DNA from: Octopus sinensis
Taxonomy: Eukaryota
DNA: 64,000 nucleotides
Direction of reading: 5' to 3'
NCBI RefSeq assembly: GCF_006345805.1
Contig: NC_043013.1
Coordinates: forward strand, 5,332,001 to 5,396,000
This document shows, one piece after another, positions 49,616 to 63,044 of the stretch. The translations under genes and the position numbers were made by a program. The notes below the pieces were generated by a model, which saw only the letters and a list, made by a program, of their open reading frames with translations, was not told the DNA's origin and made no database searches. Each line of letters opens with the position of its first letter. The first letter of the stretch is position 1.

Positions 49616-49869
49616 GTAGTAAAGTTCATTCATTTCCTGAATATGTTAGATACTTGTTTTGGGGAAACTAGTCATCATCATCAACAACCACCACACTCAG
49701 CAGCATGGCTAGGGGGTGGGGGTGGGGGTGCGATCTGATGCTTTTAAGAGAGCGTCACTTTCGGGTCTGTTGTACAAATTAGGGTTAGGGGCCTGGGGGT
49801 AGGGGTGCAAACTCAAGGACTGCCCACAGTGGCTTTGCACTCAAGCTACATCATTGACCAAACTTTAAA

Positions 49870-50075
49870 AAAGTTAGAGAGGGAGCCTCCACATGATCAC
49901 TTGTTCTACTAGAAATAGCAGCTAAGTTTCACTCACATTTCAACTATACAAAGGTTAAAAAAGGGACACGTCGAACAGGACAATGTAATTGTAGACACTA
50001 TTAAAAAGAAAAAGGCTGGATGGGCATGGTGGGAACATTTTTGATCATAGGTCTGCTCAGTTAGGGATAACCTCA
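49870..50075 (+). repeat. Unclassified interspersed repeat (copies at about 9210-9290 -, 20030-20110 +)
   Basis: Shared ctagaaatagcagc(c/t)aa motif and flanks. Confidence 0.55.
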
Positions 50076-50567
50076 ACATAACTCACTACCACAGCCAAGC
50101 ACCATTGTTATGGAACTTAACTACAGTTAATCATGTTTCTGTGGAGTCCCATGGTGGGACTGTAGTCAGGAATTGGTGGTTCACTGGTGCACACTAACAT
50201 TTACCTATTATACACATCCACACACATAAGAAGAGTGTTTATAATTATGAAGAAATGACAATTATAATGGGGAGTGTTGCAAAAACCCTTACATGATTAG
50301 AAATAGCAGTCAAAAACCACTATTTTCACTCGTATTATATCTCTTCAGAATAAAGCTGTTTGCAGACCTCTCCACTATAACTGTGATTTATTCATAATTA
50401 TAAACACTTTTATGTAATTTATGATTGCATGTTTAGCCTTTGATATTCATAAATAATTATTAATTGCTTATGAAATATCCTTCGTAATGTATTATTACAT
50501 TCATTTTTTAATTATTTATATATATATATGTGTGTGTGTGTGTATATATATAAAGAGACAGAAAGAA

Positions 50568-50945
50568 GCTCAGGTACGGCTATTTGGGAAGCTTACTTCC
50601 TAATAACATGGTTCTGAGTTCAGTCCTACAGAGTGATACCTTGGACAAGCATTTTCTACTATAGCCTTGGGCCAACCAAAGCATTGCAAGTGGATTTGGT
50701 AGACAGAAACTGAAAGAATCCTATCATATGTGTGTGTGAATCTTTGTGTCTGTTCCCCCACTACTGCTTGGCAACTGGTGTTAGTTTGTTTACATCCCCA
50801 TTATATAGCAGTTCAGCAAAACAACAATAAAATAAGTACCAGCCTTAAAAGCAGAGAAAGTATTGGGGTTGATTTATTTGACTAAAAGCCTTTAAAATGG
50901 TGCCCCAGCATGGCCACAGTCTACTGACTGCAACAAGTAAAAGAC
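50568..50945 (+). mobile_element. Family A SINE, diverged
   Basis: Matches the reference copy. Confidence 0.78.
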
Positions 50946-51974
50946 AGAAGATATAATATGCACTACTAAACACTTTTTCTCCCTCTCTCTCTCTCTCTCT
51001 CACACACGTACATAATTCTGTTTTGGAACAGTGACTCTTGAAGCACATAAATCTATAAATAATAGTGGGTAAGTATTGGGTAAAAAAAAAACTTAGATAA
51101 AATTAGTTGAAGGTTACCCATGAGATTTGAACCCACATCTCTTGTAAACATTTATGCATTAACAAATACATTCCCTTAACATTATGCATTCACACACACC
51201 TTCACCAACAGAAATGGGCACATTTATCAACCGATGCACTTACATCCCATTTGTGTGTGTACATGTATGTGTGTGTGTGTGTGTACATGAACATTGCATA
51301 TGAATTGATCAATATCTATTGGAGCATACAATGAGTTTTCTGATTAAATCTTCTCAAGAATAAAGTCAATCCTACACACACACACACATATATATATATA
51401 TACACACATGTACATTTATTTCATTATATATACAGTGAGACAGAAATATACATGTATATATGTGTGTGTGTGTGTATATTTGTAATGAGGGAGAAATCCT
51501 ATGAGATTAATTTAAGCGTTAAGGAATGATATGATTGTATGTTCTGATATGTGTTTCAATGGCTGGCTTTCATTGGCTGCAATTATCTTTCTTTGGAGCC
51601 AGGAATAATGTCTCATGCCAAGTACGTAGAGTAATGAATGATCATATCACTCACACACACACACACACATATGATGGCCATGTTACCGTTTCCGTCTACC
51701 TTATCCACTCACAACACTTTGGTCAGCTAGGAGCTGTAGTAGAAGACACTGGCCCAAGGTACCAGGCAGTGAGACTGAACCTAGATCATATGGTTGGAAA
51801 GCAAACTTTGTAACCACATAGCCATGCCTGTACCTACATTACAAGTTATCATCCTATGACTATCTAATCCCAAACCCTATGATTGTGCAGTGAATTCTTT
51901 ACCATTTAGCCACACACACACACACACGCTGGTAGGAAACAATGTATTTACAGTGTATTAATGAATGTGTTTGT

Positions 51975-52266
51975 GGAGGCACATGGCCTAGTGGTTAGAG
52001 CAGTGGACTCGCGGGTTCGAATCTCAGACTGGGTGACGTGTGTGTTTATGAGCAAAAACACCTAAGCTCCATGTGGCTCCAGCAGAAGATAATGGTGAAC
52101 TTCTGCTGACTCTTTTGCCACAACCTTCTCTCACTCTTTCCCCCTGCATCTAGCAGCTCACCTGCAATGGACCGGCGTCCCATCCAGGTGGGGAAACTAT
52201 ACGCCAATGAAACCGGGAAACCGGCCCTTATGAGCCAGGCATGGCTTGAGAAGGAACAAACAACAA
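51975..52266 (+). mobile_element. Family E tRNA-headed SINE (same head as F, different tail ending in aacaaacaacaa)
   Basis: A and B boxes present; about 165 bp shared with family F. Confidence 0.8.
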
Positions 52267-52949
52267 TAAATGTGTTTACCCAGAGAGTTGGAGATGAGGG
52301 TTCAATTCCTGCTATAGTTTCTATCATATATTTTTGAAACTGTTTATGACTGTAACTTAGAATTAAAAGTAGCAACAAAAGAAATCATTTTTTTTTTTTA
52401 TTTGATGGGAGAAAAGTTAAAATTTGATTGGTTCAAGCTGTTTTAATAACTGAAGATCAGAGAGCAATAATGATAAAAATGATAAATGAAGTTTTTACTG
52501 TTTTGGTGGGAGGAAAAAGTTCAAAATTTTGCTAGACCAAAATTCAGTTTTAATTGTTATTTTTTGGTAACATTATATGATGGGAAAAACATTGGAAATG
52601 ATAATTCTTTTCAATGTTTATTTTTTAAATTTTATTTTGGGAGGGTGAGGAATGCTTATTTAGTAAGAATAAGATGAATGGTACAAAAAAATAACTAAAT
52701 AATAAATTTTTGCCATTTGTGAGTGGAAGGGAGAGCAATTGTTTAAATTCAACTGGGTCTGGAACATTAATTTAAATTGGAAATTAGGAGAAATGATGGA
52801 ATAAATAAATTTTTATTACTGGGTGGTGGGTGGCAAGAAAGAGGTCCAAATTAACCTCATCCCTTCTTACTATATTTCTGTGGGAATACTCTGTCTTTGT
52901 TTCAATTAATTTTGAAAATATTGAAGAATTTATTAAAATAATTTATCAA

Positions 52950-53300
52950 GGAGTGGCTATGTGGTAAGTAGTTTGCTTACGAACCACATGGTTCCGGGTT
53001 CAGTCCCACTGCATGGCACCTTGCTTTGTAATTGGATTTGGTAGACAGAAACTGAAAGAAGCCTGTCGCATATATGTATATATATGTATGTGTGTGTGTG
53101 TGTGTTTGTCCCCCCAACATCGCTTGACAACCGATGCTGGTGTGTTTACGTCCCCGTAACTTAGCGGTTCAGCAAAAGAGGCTGAGAGAATAAGTACTAG
53201 GCCTACAAAGAATAAGTCCTGGTGTCAATTTGCTCGACTAAAGGCGGTGCTCCAGCATGGCCACAGTCACATGACTGAAACAAGTAAAAGAGTAAAGAGT
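52950..53300 (+). mobile_element. Family A SINE inserted in a piggyBac-like MITE (halves about 52850-52945 and 53300-53372)
   Basis: The flanks resemble the two halves of the 41845-42065 MITE. Confidence 0.78.
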
Positions 53301-53444
53301 ATTATTAAACTGGTGTTTGGAATATGAATTAACCTAAAATTTTGATGGAAGGTTTTAATTTAGATCACTTTAACCCTTTTGTTACCATATTCTGGTTGTA
53401 ATACACCGTCTTTGTTTCAAATATTTTTGAAAATAACAAAGAAT

Positions 53445-53822
53445 TGCCATTTATCCTTTCAGGGATTGATAGATTAAGTACCAGTTGCGTACTAGGGTCG
53501 ATGTAATCAACCAGCACACCCTCCCTCAATATTCCTGGCCTTGTGCCAAAATTTGAAACCATTATTATTATTATTATTATTGAGGTGGCAAGCTGGCTGG
53601 ATCATTAGCACACCAGGCAAAATGCTAAGTGGTATTTCGTCTGCTACTACATTCTGAGTTCAAATTCCACCAAGGTCAACTTTGCCTTTCATCTTTTCGG
53701 GGTCTTTGAAATAAGTACCAGTTACATACTGGAGTCAATATAATCGACTAGACCCCAGCCCAAATTTTCAGGCCTTGTGCCTTTAGTAGAAAGTATTATT
53801 AATATTATCATTATTATTATTA

Positions 53823-53862
<40 letters not shown>

Positions 53863-54265
53863 GGTGTTGAGCCGGCAGAATAATTAGCACACCAGGCGAA
53901 ATGCTTAGTGGTATTTCGTCTGCTGCTACGTTCTGAGTTCAAATTCCACCAAGGTCGACTTTGCCTTTCATCCTTTCGAGGTCGATGTAATTGACCAGCC
54001 CCCTTGCCCCAAAAAATTTTCATGGCCTAGAGCAGAAATAATTATTATTATTATATGTGACAAGCTGGCACGACCGTTAGCACACTGGACATAATGCTTA
54101 GCAGCGTTTTGTGTGTCTTTACATTCTGAGTTCAAATTCCACTGAGATCGACTTTGCCTTTCATCCTTTCGGAGTCGATGAAATGAATACCAGTTATGCA
54201 CTGGGGTTGATGCAATCGACTTACCTCCTCCACTCAAATTTCAGGTTTTATGCCTATTAATAGAA
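53445..54265 (+). mobile_element. Head-to-tail array of four family B SINEs
   Basis: Copies at about 53445, 53583, 53862 and 54055 with (ATT)n linkers. Confidence 0.85.
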
Positions 54266-54369
54266 AGGATTGTAATAAATTCCTTTGGAACAAAGATCTG
54301 AGTGGAATATCAGTGGCCAGGCTGGAGCAGTATGTTGAAACATGTTTGTGCCATTAACGATGAAAGAAG

Positions 54370-54802
54370 CAATAAACACACACACATACACATATGCACA
54401 AACACATATGCATGCATGCATACATTCATGCACATGCTCACATGCATACATGCTGCAGATTCACTCACGCAAGTAGGTACATACTCAAGCACACACATGC
54501 ACAAGCAGGTACATACACATACAAACACATACAGATACACACACTATGCACATACATACAAACAAGTTCATACACACATACATACACATGTTCTTACACA
54601 CAAATACACGCTCATACACGCACATGCTCTCTCTCTCTCACACACACACACATATACGACGGGCTTCTTTCAGTTTCCATCAACCAAATCCACTCACACA
54701 TACACACATATGATCAAACACTCATATTCACCCATGCTCTCCCGCACTAACACAGACACATATACACAATCATGCTCATACACACACTCATACACGCACA
54801 TG

Positions 54803-54834
<32 letters not shown>

Positions 54835-55470
54835 TACACACACAGAGGATTGCTTCCATACAGAACAGTGACGGTGACTGGCAGTATTAGTGGAGCAATG
54901 GTAATAACACTTCTTACTGTATTTAGTTCTGTCTTTTCTTTTACATTCTGAGTTCAAATCCCATTGGGCCCAGTTTTGTCTTTCATTCTTCCAAGGTCAA
55001 TAATTCAAAACACACAATGTATCTGCCAAATTCTGTGACTAATAAAACTGTCTGTATGTCTGCCCCACCACACATACACACTCACTTACACTAACATTTA
55101 TGACCCTGTGCCTATGTTATAAACTATTATTATTAAATATGTTTAATTACTTGTAAAAAAAGGAAATAATTAAAAATATGGCCAAATAAAGTTCTAGTCC
55201 AATTTTGAGATTGAAATTGATGTTGTTGTCTTTTGTAAATATTTCTCTTGAAATTTCATCATCATCATCGTCATCATTGTCATCATCATCATCATAAACA
55301 TGATCGTTATAAACATTATCGTCATCATCATAAACGTCACCATCAAAAATATCATCATCATCATCATCATTGTCATCATAAACATCATTGTCATCATTAT
55401 CATTATCATCATCATAAACATCATTGTTGGTGTTGTCATCATCAAAAACACCATTGTAGTCATCATTATT
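54370..55470. repeat. AC-rich tract (54370-54845) and degenerate (CAT)n tract (55255-55470)
   Basis: Directly visible. Confidence 0.9.
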
Positions 55471-55792
55471 TTAACATCTACTTTTCCATCCTTACACGGG
55501 CTGGGCAGCAGTCAATGAGGTAGATTTTCTACACTTGGATGCCCTTCATGTTGCCAACATTTGCCTGTTTCTAGGTTGTGTGTGTGTGTGTGTGCGCAAG
55601 AGAGAGAGCATGTGTGTGTTGATGTGAGTGTGCATGCATATGTTTGGCCACACATGTTTTCGTGTAGTATTGGAAATGAACGACACTGCTTGTATGACAG
55701 TGAGACTCATTTACGACTATCATACACTATCAAGACAAGAGGACATAAACATACACACAGTCGCATTCAGACACATACATACACTCATTACA

Positions 55793-55823
<31 letters not shown>

Positions 55824-55964
55824 TGCACAGAATGGGTAGTTTTCGGTTTCCATCAACCAAATCTACTCACTAGCCTTCAGTTGGTTTAGAAAATGACTCT
55901 TGTTCAAGATGCTTCAGGGTGGGATAAAACTCATAACCATTTGTTAGGAAACAAAATTTTAAAC

Positions 55965-56282
55965 CACAGCACCATCCGACTGGTGGCCGATGCCAGCACC
56001 GCCTCGTCTGGCTTCCGTGCCGGTGGCACATAAAATACACCAATCCGACCGTGGCCGTTGCCAGCCTCGCCTGGCACCTGTGCAGGTGGCACGTAAAAAG
56101 CACCCACTACACTCACGGAGTGGTTGGCGTTAGGAAGGGCATCCAGCTGTAGAAACACTGCCAGATAAGACTGGAGCCTGGTGCAGCCTTCTGGCTTCCC
56201 AGATCCCCGGTCGAACTGTCCAACCCATGCTAGCATGGAGAACGGACGTTAAACGATGATGATGATGATGATGATGATGACA
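55965..56282 (+). mobile_element. RTE 3'-UTR-only copy (family D). Others at about 13190-13310, 13560-13830, 14240-14470, 20368-20680, 26830-26985, 36740-36985, 38650-38780, 60605-60845 and 60887-60990
   Basis: gcacccactacac...gttggcgttaggaagggcatccagctgtagaaac...catgctagcatgga...(GAT)n matches the UTR of 22826-23525. Confidence 0.85.
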
Positions 56283-56519
56283 GCTGTGCCTGTGCCTATT
56301 TGAAAATTAATTGACTCTTTCAATTTAAGAATGTGATAAACTGAAGAATGATGTGGAGTTTCTATGCAAGACTGAGTCTGCAGGAGTTGGTACCAGTCAT
56401 ATACTAGCAGAATAGTTAGCATCCTGAAATAAAATACCAATTAATCACTAGAGTCAATATAATTGACTGATATCCCTCCCCTTAAAATTACACCACCACC
56501 GCCGCCGCCGCCGCCACCG

Positions 56520-56552
<33 letters not shown>

Positions 56553-56589
56553 TCATTATCATTATCATTATTATTGTTATCACCATCAT

Positions 56590-56818
56590 CAAGTGGTGAA
56601 TGAGCAGAATAGTTAGCATCCTGAATAAAATACTTATTAACATTTCATCATTTCATCCATCTTTTTGTTCCGAGTTCAAATTCCGCTGAGTTTGACTTTA
56701 TTTTTCATCCTCTTGGGGTTTGATAAAACAAGTACCAGACAAGAACTGGGGTTGATGTAATCAACTAGTCCCCTCCCCTCAAAATTTCAGCCCTTATGCC
56801 TGTATTAGAAAGGATTGT
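56590..56818 (+). mobile_element. Family B SINE, tail type 2, diverged
   Basis: Core and tail recognisable. Confidence 0.72.
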
Positions 56819-56924
56819 ATTCTCACCTATCTATAGTCATATTATACTATTTCTCTCCAATTTTCCTCTTTTTTATTTTTGTATCGAAATCGATCAACAT
56901 CAATGGAAATTGTAGCTGTGATAC

Positions 56925-57297
56925 CAGTGCCCGTGGCACGTAAGCGAACCATCCGAACGTGGCCGTTGCCAGCGCCGCCCTGACGGGTCTCCGTGCCGGT
57001 AGAACATAAAAAGCACCATCCGTTCGTGGCCGTTGCCAGCCTCGCCTGGCCCCCGTGCCCATGGCACGTAAAAAGCACTATCCAACCGCGTCCATTTGCC
57101 AGCCCCGTCTGGCACGTAAAAAGCACCCACTACACTCACGGAGTGGTTGGCGTTAGGAAGGGCATCCAGCTGTAGAAACACTGCCAGATCAGACTGGGCC
57201 TGGTGCAGCCTTCTGGCTTTCCGGACCCCAGTTGAACCGTCCAACCCATGCTAGCATGGAAAGCGGACGCTAAATGATGATGATGATGATGATGATG
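56925..57297 (+). mobile_element. RTE 3'-UTR-only copy with four internal repeat units
   Basis: As above; CpG-rich and appears young. Confidence 0.85.
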
Positions 57298-57364
57298 TAT
57301 GGCCACCAGTTGCCTCCTCCTCTCTGATTCACTCCTATTTTCCATTATCTTCTTCCACAAACTA

Positions 57365-57752
57365 ATATTCTTTTCTACTCTAGGCACAAGGCCCAAAATT
57401 TTTGGGAAGGGGTTCCAGTCGATTAGATCGATTTAATGGTACTTAATAATCGACCCCGAAAGGATGAAAGGCAAAGTCGACCTCAGCAGAATTTGAACTC
57501 AGAACATAAAGACAGACAAAATACCTATTTCTTTACTACCTACAAGGGGCTAAACACTGAGAGGACAAACAAGGACAGACAAATGGATTAAGTCGATTAT
57601 ATCGACCCCAGTGCATAACTGGTACTTATTTAATCGGCCCCGAAAGGATGAAAGGCAAAGTTGACCTCAGTGGAATTTGAACTCAGAACATAGCAGCAGA
57701 CAAAATACCGCTGAGCATTTCGTCCGGTGTGCTAACGGTTCTGCCAGCTCAC
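57365..57752 (-). mobile_element. Two tandem family B copies (tail type 1 followed by a 5'-truncated tail type 2 copy)
   Basis: Two cores on the minus strand joined at aaatag|gtattttgtctg. Confidence 0.8.
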
Positions 57753-58616
57753 TTCCTTTCATCATGTCCATGTCTCTATGTTTGCCATTTACTGTATTCA
57801 CATCTATCCTCATCTCTGTCTGTCATTCTCCTCTCCCCTCACACTCTCAAAGACCTACCCATTTAGCCATCTTTGATTATCTGCCCCTATTCTCTCCCTT
57901 TATCTGCCTCCTTGTATCTTTGGGTTAAATCCTGACATCTCATCTCCACTTTTTCTAGTTAGAGTAGCTATGGACCACATCTACAGCAAAACACTTATCT
58001 GTATCCCTCTATCATGCTTTCAGCTCCTCAAAACCCAGCACAAACCCAACTCCCTTGCTTCAGTAAATCCCACTGTTTTGAAGGGATCTTTATTCCCGAT
58101 TTATCTGGTGATCTCACTAGTGTTGGTGCCATAAAAAAGGAAAAAAGCACCTAGTGTGCGCTGTACAGTGGTTGATGCCAGAAAGAGCTTCTATCTGTAG
58201 AAAGCATACCAAAGTAGACATTGGGGCTCACTGTAGTCCCCATGTCAGCACTGAACACAGACATTAAACAATGATGATGATGATGAAGATGATGACAACG
58301 ATGATAACGACAGTGATGATAACGACAGTGATGATGGTGATGATGATGACGATGTTGTTTACTACTTCTGCCATTGCTGCTGCAGTCTAACAACAGCTGT
58401 CAGCATGAATTAAATAAATCCTGTCATTATTCCATGATTTAAACTAAAAATATTAATTCAATGTTTTCCTTTTCTTTTCTTATATTTTTCACCAGGGAAA
58501 TGGAATTAGGGTTTTGGAAGCTTGTAATTTTGTGTAGGGGTAGTGGTTATGATTTTGGCAAAGAATTCTTTCTGTTCTTAGTTATTCGAGGTCTGATGGC
58601 AAGTGGACAAGATTAA

Positions 58617-59655
58617 CCCTTTAACATTCAAACTATTCTCTCAAATGTAAAACTTATTTATTCACATAGGTGCAGGTGTGGCTGTGTGGTAAGTAGCTTG
58701 CTTACCAACCACATGGTTCGGGGTTCAGTCCCACTGTGTGGCACCTTAGGCAAGTGTCTTCTACTATAACCTCGGGCCAAACAAAGCCTTGTGAGTGGAT
58801 TTGGTAGACGGAAACTGAAAGAAGCCCATCATATATACATATATATGTGAGTATGTATATGTTTGTGTGTCTGTGTGTGTCCCCACAACATCGCTTGACA
58901 ACCGATGCTGGTGTGTTTAGGTCCCCATAACTTAGCGGTTCGGCTAGAGAGACCGATAAAATAAGTACTAGGCTTACAAAGAATAAATCCTGGGGTCAAT
59001 TTGCTCGACTAAAGTTGGTGCTCCAGCATGGCTGCAGTCTGAAACAAATAAAAGAATAAAAGAATTATTTTGAATCAACCATGTATTATCTCAAAGCCTT
59101 GCGACAGATAATGTGACTTCAATTTTTGAAGGACAGAGTGGGGTAGGTCTGAACGGTCAGATCTGTTCAGTTTGGATATAAAAGGGGTAGAATATTTGGG
59201 CCAGATGTGGCCCAGTTTAACTCTTTTGTTACTGTATTTATTTTGAGATTCTGTGTTTCTTTCAATTACTTTAAATATAACAAAGAATTTAGTAAAATAT
59301 CATTCAGCTAGTGTTAGGAACATAAATTGTGACTAAGGTTTGGTGGAAGGTTTTAATTCAGAACTTCTGTAAACAAGACATTTGTACTCAAGAGCCAGAA
59401 ACATTTTCAGCTGAATTGGTATCAAAAGGGTTAAATTAATCATTTGTTAACCCTTTTGTTACCATATTTCTGTTGAGATGCTCTGTGCTTCTTTTAATTA
59501 ATTTTAAATATAACAAAGAATTTAGTAAAATAACTTGGTTATCATTAAGCTAGTGTTAGGAACATAAATTGTGACTAAGGTTTAGTGGGAAATTTTAATT
59601 CAAAACTTATGAAAACAAGACCAGGTTGGTAATGAAAGGGTTAAATGCTATAAGG
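58617..59655. mobile_element. piggyBac-like MITE (second family) containing a SINE and two inner MITEs (59221-59430, 59451-59640)
   Basis: TTAA|CCCTTTAACATT start and ATGCTATAAGG|TTAA end. Inner MITEs match 41845-42065 and are TTAA-bounded. A fragment of the outer family lies at 21060-21215 (-). Confidence 0.75.
58669..59064 (+). mobile_element. Family A SINE, full length, nested in a MITE
   Basis: Matches the reference copy. Confidence 0.9.
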
Positions 59656-59944
59656 TTAAATTATGCAATAATTTGGATTGGAGCAGATGGTTTATATTTA
59701 TGTTGTTTCTTTTTTGTTTGTTTTATAGTTATTTTAATATCCAATTCCTTTCCTAAGTATTCTAGAAAATAGACTAAGCACAGTTAAAATTTACTGCCAT
59801 CTACAATTTCTTTGGTCCCTCGTGATCTCTGGAGAATTTGTCCTCAATTTTCTCTTTTCCTGATAAATAAACAGCAAATGTCATGGCAAAGAAATCTGAA
59901 ATTTTACAATTAGATTCAATTACAACTATTTACAGTGTTCCTTC

Positions 59945-60372
59945 GGTTACTACCCCCACCCCCACCAGCACTTTCACCTCCACCACCACAGGCATCAACA
60001 CCCACCACCACTACCACTACCAGCTTCACTACATCCATCACTACCACCACCACCACGATCATCAGCATCATCACCATCACCAACATTTCCCCATCACCAC
60101 CACAATCACTTCCACCATCATCACCACTACTGCCACCGCTACCACCATCCCCACCGCTACCACCATCCCCACCACTACCACTCCACTTCTGCCTCCCACC
60201 CCTCTACATTGACATTACTCTCTTCCATCCATGAACCCTTGTTTCTCATAAACATCCTCTGTAAAATTCAAAAACAATCAGCTTCCTCTATCACTCCATT
60301 CTGTTGTCACCTATTTCTATGTAACAACTCAAAAATGTGTCATGTTCTCAAATAGCCTACACACCCTGTGTA

Positions 60373-60451
<79 letters not shown>

Positions 60452-60521
60452 TATATATATACATACACACACACAAACACATATATATATATATATATAT
60501 ATATGTATATGTATATATATA

Positions 60522-60566
<45 letters not shown>

Positions 60567-60844
60567 AGATATATATATGTATGTATATATATATGTATAT
60601 GTATGGCACATAAAAAAACACCATTTGAGCGTGGTCTTTGCCAGTACCACCTGACTGGCCCTCATGCCGGTGGCACGTAAAAGCACCCACCACACTCTCG
60701 GAGTGGTTGGCATTAAGAAGGGTATCCAGCTGTAGAAACTCTGCCAGATCAGACTGGAGCCTGGTGCAACCATCTGGCACACCGATCGTCAGTCAAACCG
60801 TCCAACCCATGCCAACATGGAAAGCAGACATTAAACAATGATGA

Positions 60845-60891
<47 letters not shown>

Positions 60892-61213
60892 TCGTTTAAT
60901 GTCCGCTTTCCATGCTAGCATAGGTTGGATGATTTGACTGAGGACTGGCAAACTAGATGGCTGCACCAGGCTGCAATCTTGATCTAGCAGAGTTTATACA
61001 TATATATATATGTGTATGTGTGTGTATATATATGTATATATGTATTTGTATATATATCAGAGACTCGGAGACCCCCTTTTGGTCAGGAATGACCATGAGA
61101 TTGCACCTAGAAAGTTACCCTCCCAGGCACAAGTCCGGGCAAGGTTGTTTATGGAAGACCAGGGTAACTTTGTAGGTGCAATCTCATGGTTAGTCATGAC
61201 CAAAGGGGACTCA

Positions 61214-61266
<53 letters not shown>

Positions 61267-63008
61267 CATATATATATATATATATGTATGCATATATATA
61301 TATATGTGTGTGTGTATGTATTATATATATATATATATAAAACACATGTATACATATATATGCATATATACATATATATAACACATATATATATACATAT
61401 ATATGTATATATAACACTCATGTATGTCCCAGTGTGTATTTGTGTTTGTTATCGTCTGTGTATATATATATATATATATATACATGCACAGACGATAACA
61501 AACACAAATACACACTGGGACATACATACAAAACTCAAGTTTTTCACAGTGGTGGCAGTGGTGGTGGTTGTGGTGGTTGTGGTGGTCGTGGGTTGGTGAT
61601 GGTAGTGAAGATAGCAATGATTGTTATCTCAGAGTTGGTAGCTACAGCAGCAGCAGCAGCAGCGGTGGTGATGGTGGCAGTATTGTTGTTGTTATTGTTG
61701 TTGGTAGTGGTAGTGGTTACCATGGAGCTGTTGGCAGTGGTGGCAACAGTGATGGTGGTGGTGGTGGTGGTGGTGGTAACAATGGTGAACACAGAAGCAG
61801 TAGCCACAGCAGCAATGGTATTGGTGGTAGAAGTGGTGGGGGTTGTGGTGGTGGTGGTGGAGAGTGTGAGATATAATTGGACTGAGTGTGTGATATGCAT
61901 TGAATACAGCGCGATGCAAAAGAAACGCAACACCTCTTTACTGGGGGTGGGAGTCGTGGTGGGGAACTACTAGGGTGGGATTGCTGGTGAAGGGGCGTTA
62001 GAGTGATGGGGGTGGGGAGCGGCAGTCAGAGTGATGCCAACGAAAAAGTGCAGAGAAACTCGGTGAGAAACCACTACCGCCACCACCACCACCACCACCA
62101 CCACCACCACCACCTCTACCACCATCACCACCACCACCATCACCACCTCTACCACCACCACCATCACCACCACCACCACCACCTCTACCACCATCACCAC
62201 CAACAACTTCACTACCACCACCACCACCACTACCACCATCATTGTTGCCATCAATGCCAGCATCCACATCTCTGTCTCCATCAACACCACCACCACCACC
62301 TGTGGCATCAATAGGATTTGTCTGCTTGTGTGTGCATGTCAATGCATATGTGCATATGCATGTGTGTACGTGTGTGTGCGTGCGTGCACACATGTGTGTG
62401 TGTTGGTTTTTTATTTCTCATGTGGGAAGGTACACATTTAGAAAGAAGTGAGGAATTTTGAAGTGAAGAACCTGTATTTGCATGATTCTTTAATGTTTGT
62501 GTGTTGCAGCAGTTCTACTTCCCCCCTCCTACACCCCATCATCATCATCATCATCATCAGGATTATTATTGACATCATATTATCATAATTGTTATTACTA
62601 ATGTAATAGTTATTGTTATTGTTATTATCAGGTAGTAAAACAAAAAAAAAACAAACCGTTCTGCTGGTGGTATGTTTGTGACATGCCTCAATTCAGAGGT
62701 CACCTTCACAATATGAAATTATCTGAATTGACTTGACTTCTGTGAGGGGAGGATATGTCTATTTTGTCTGTGGTGTGCCTATCTATCTGTCTCTCCATGC
62801 ATATATATATTTGTGTGTGCATGTGATATCTCTCCTGCTCTCTGTATATATATATGTGTGTGTGTGCGTGTGTGTGTGTGTGTGTGTATACATATATATG
62901 TATATACATATATATACATATATATATATATATGTGTGTGTGTGTGCGCGCGTGTGTGTGTGTGTATACATATATATATACATATATATATGTATATATA
63001 TATATATC

Positions 63009-63044
<36 letters not shown>

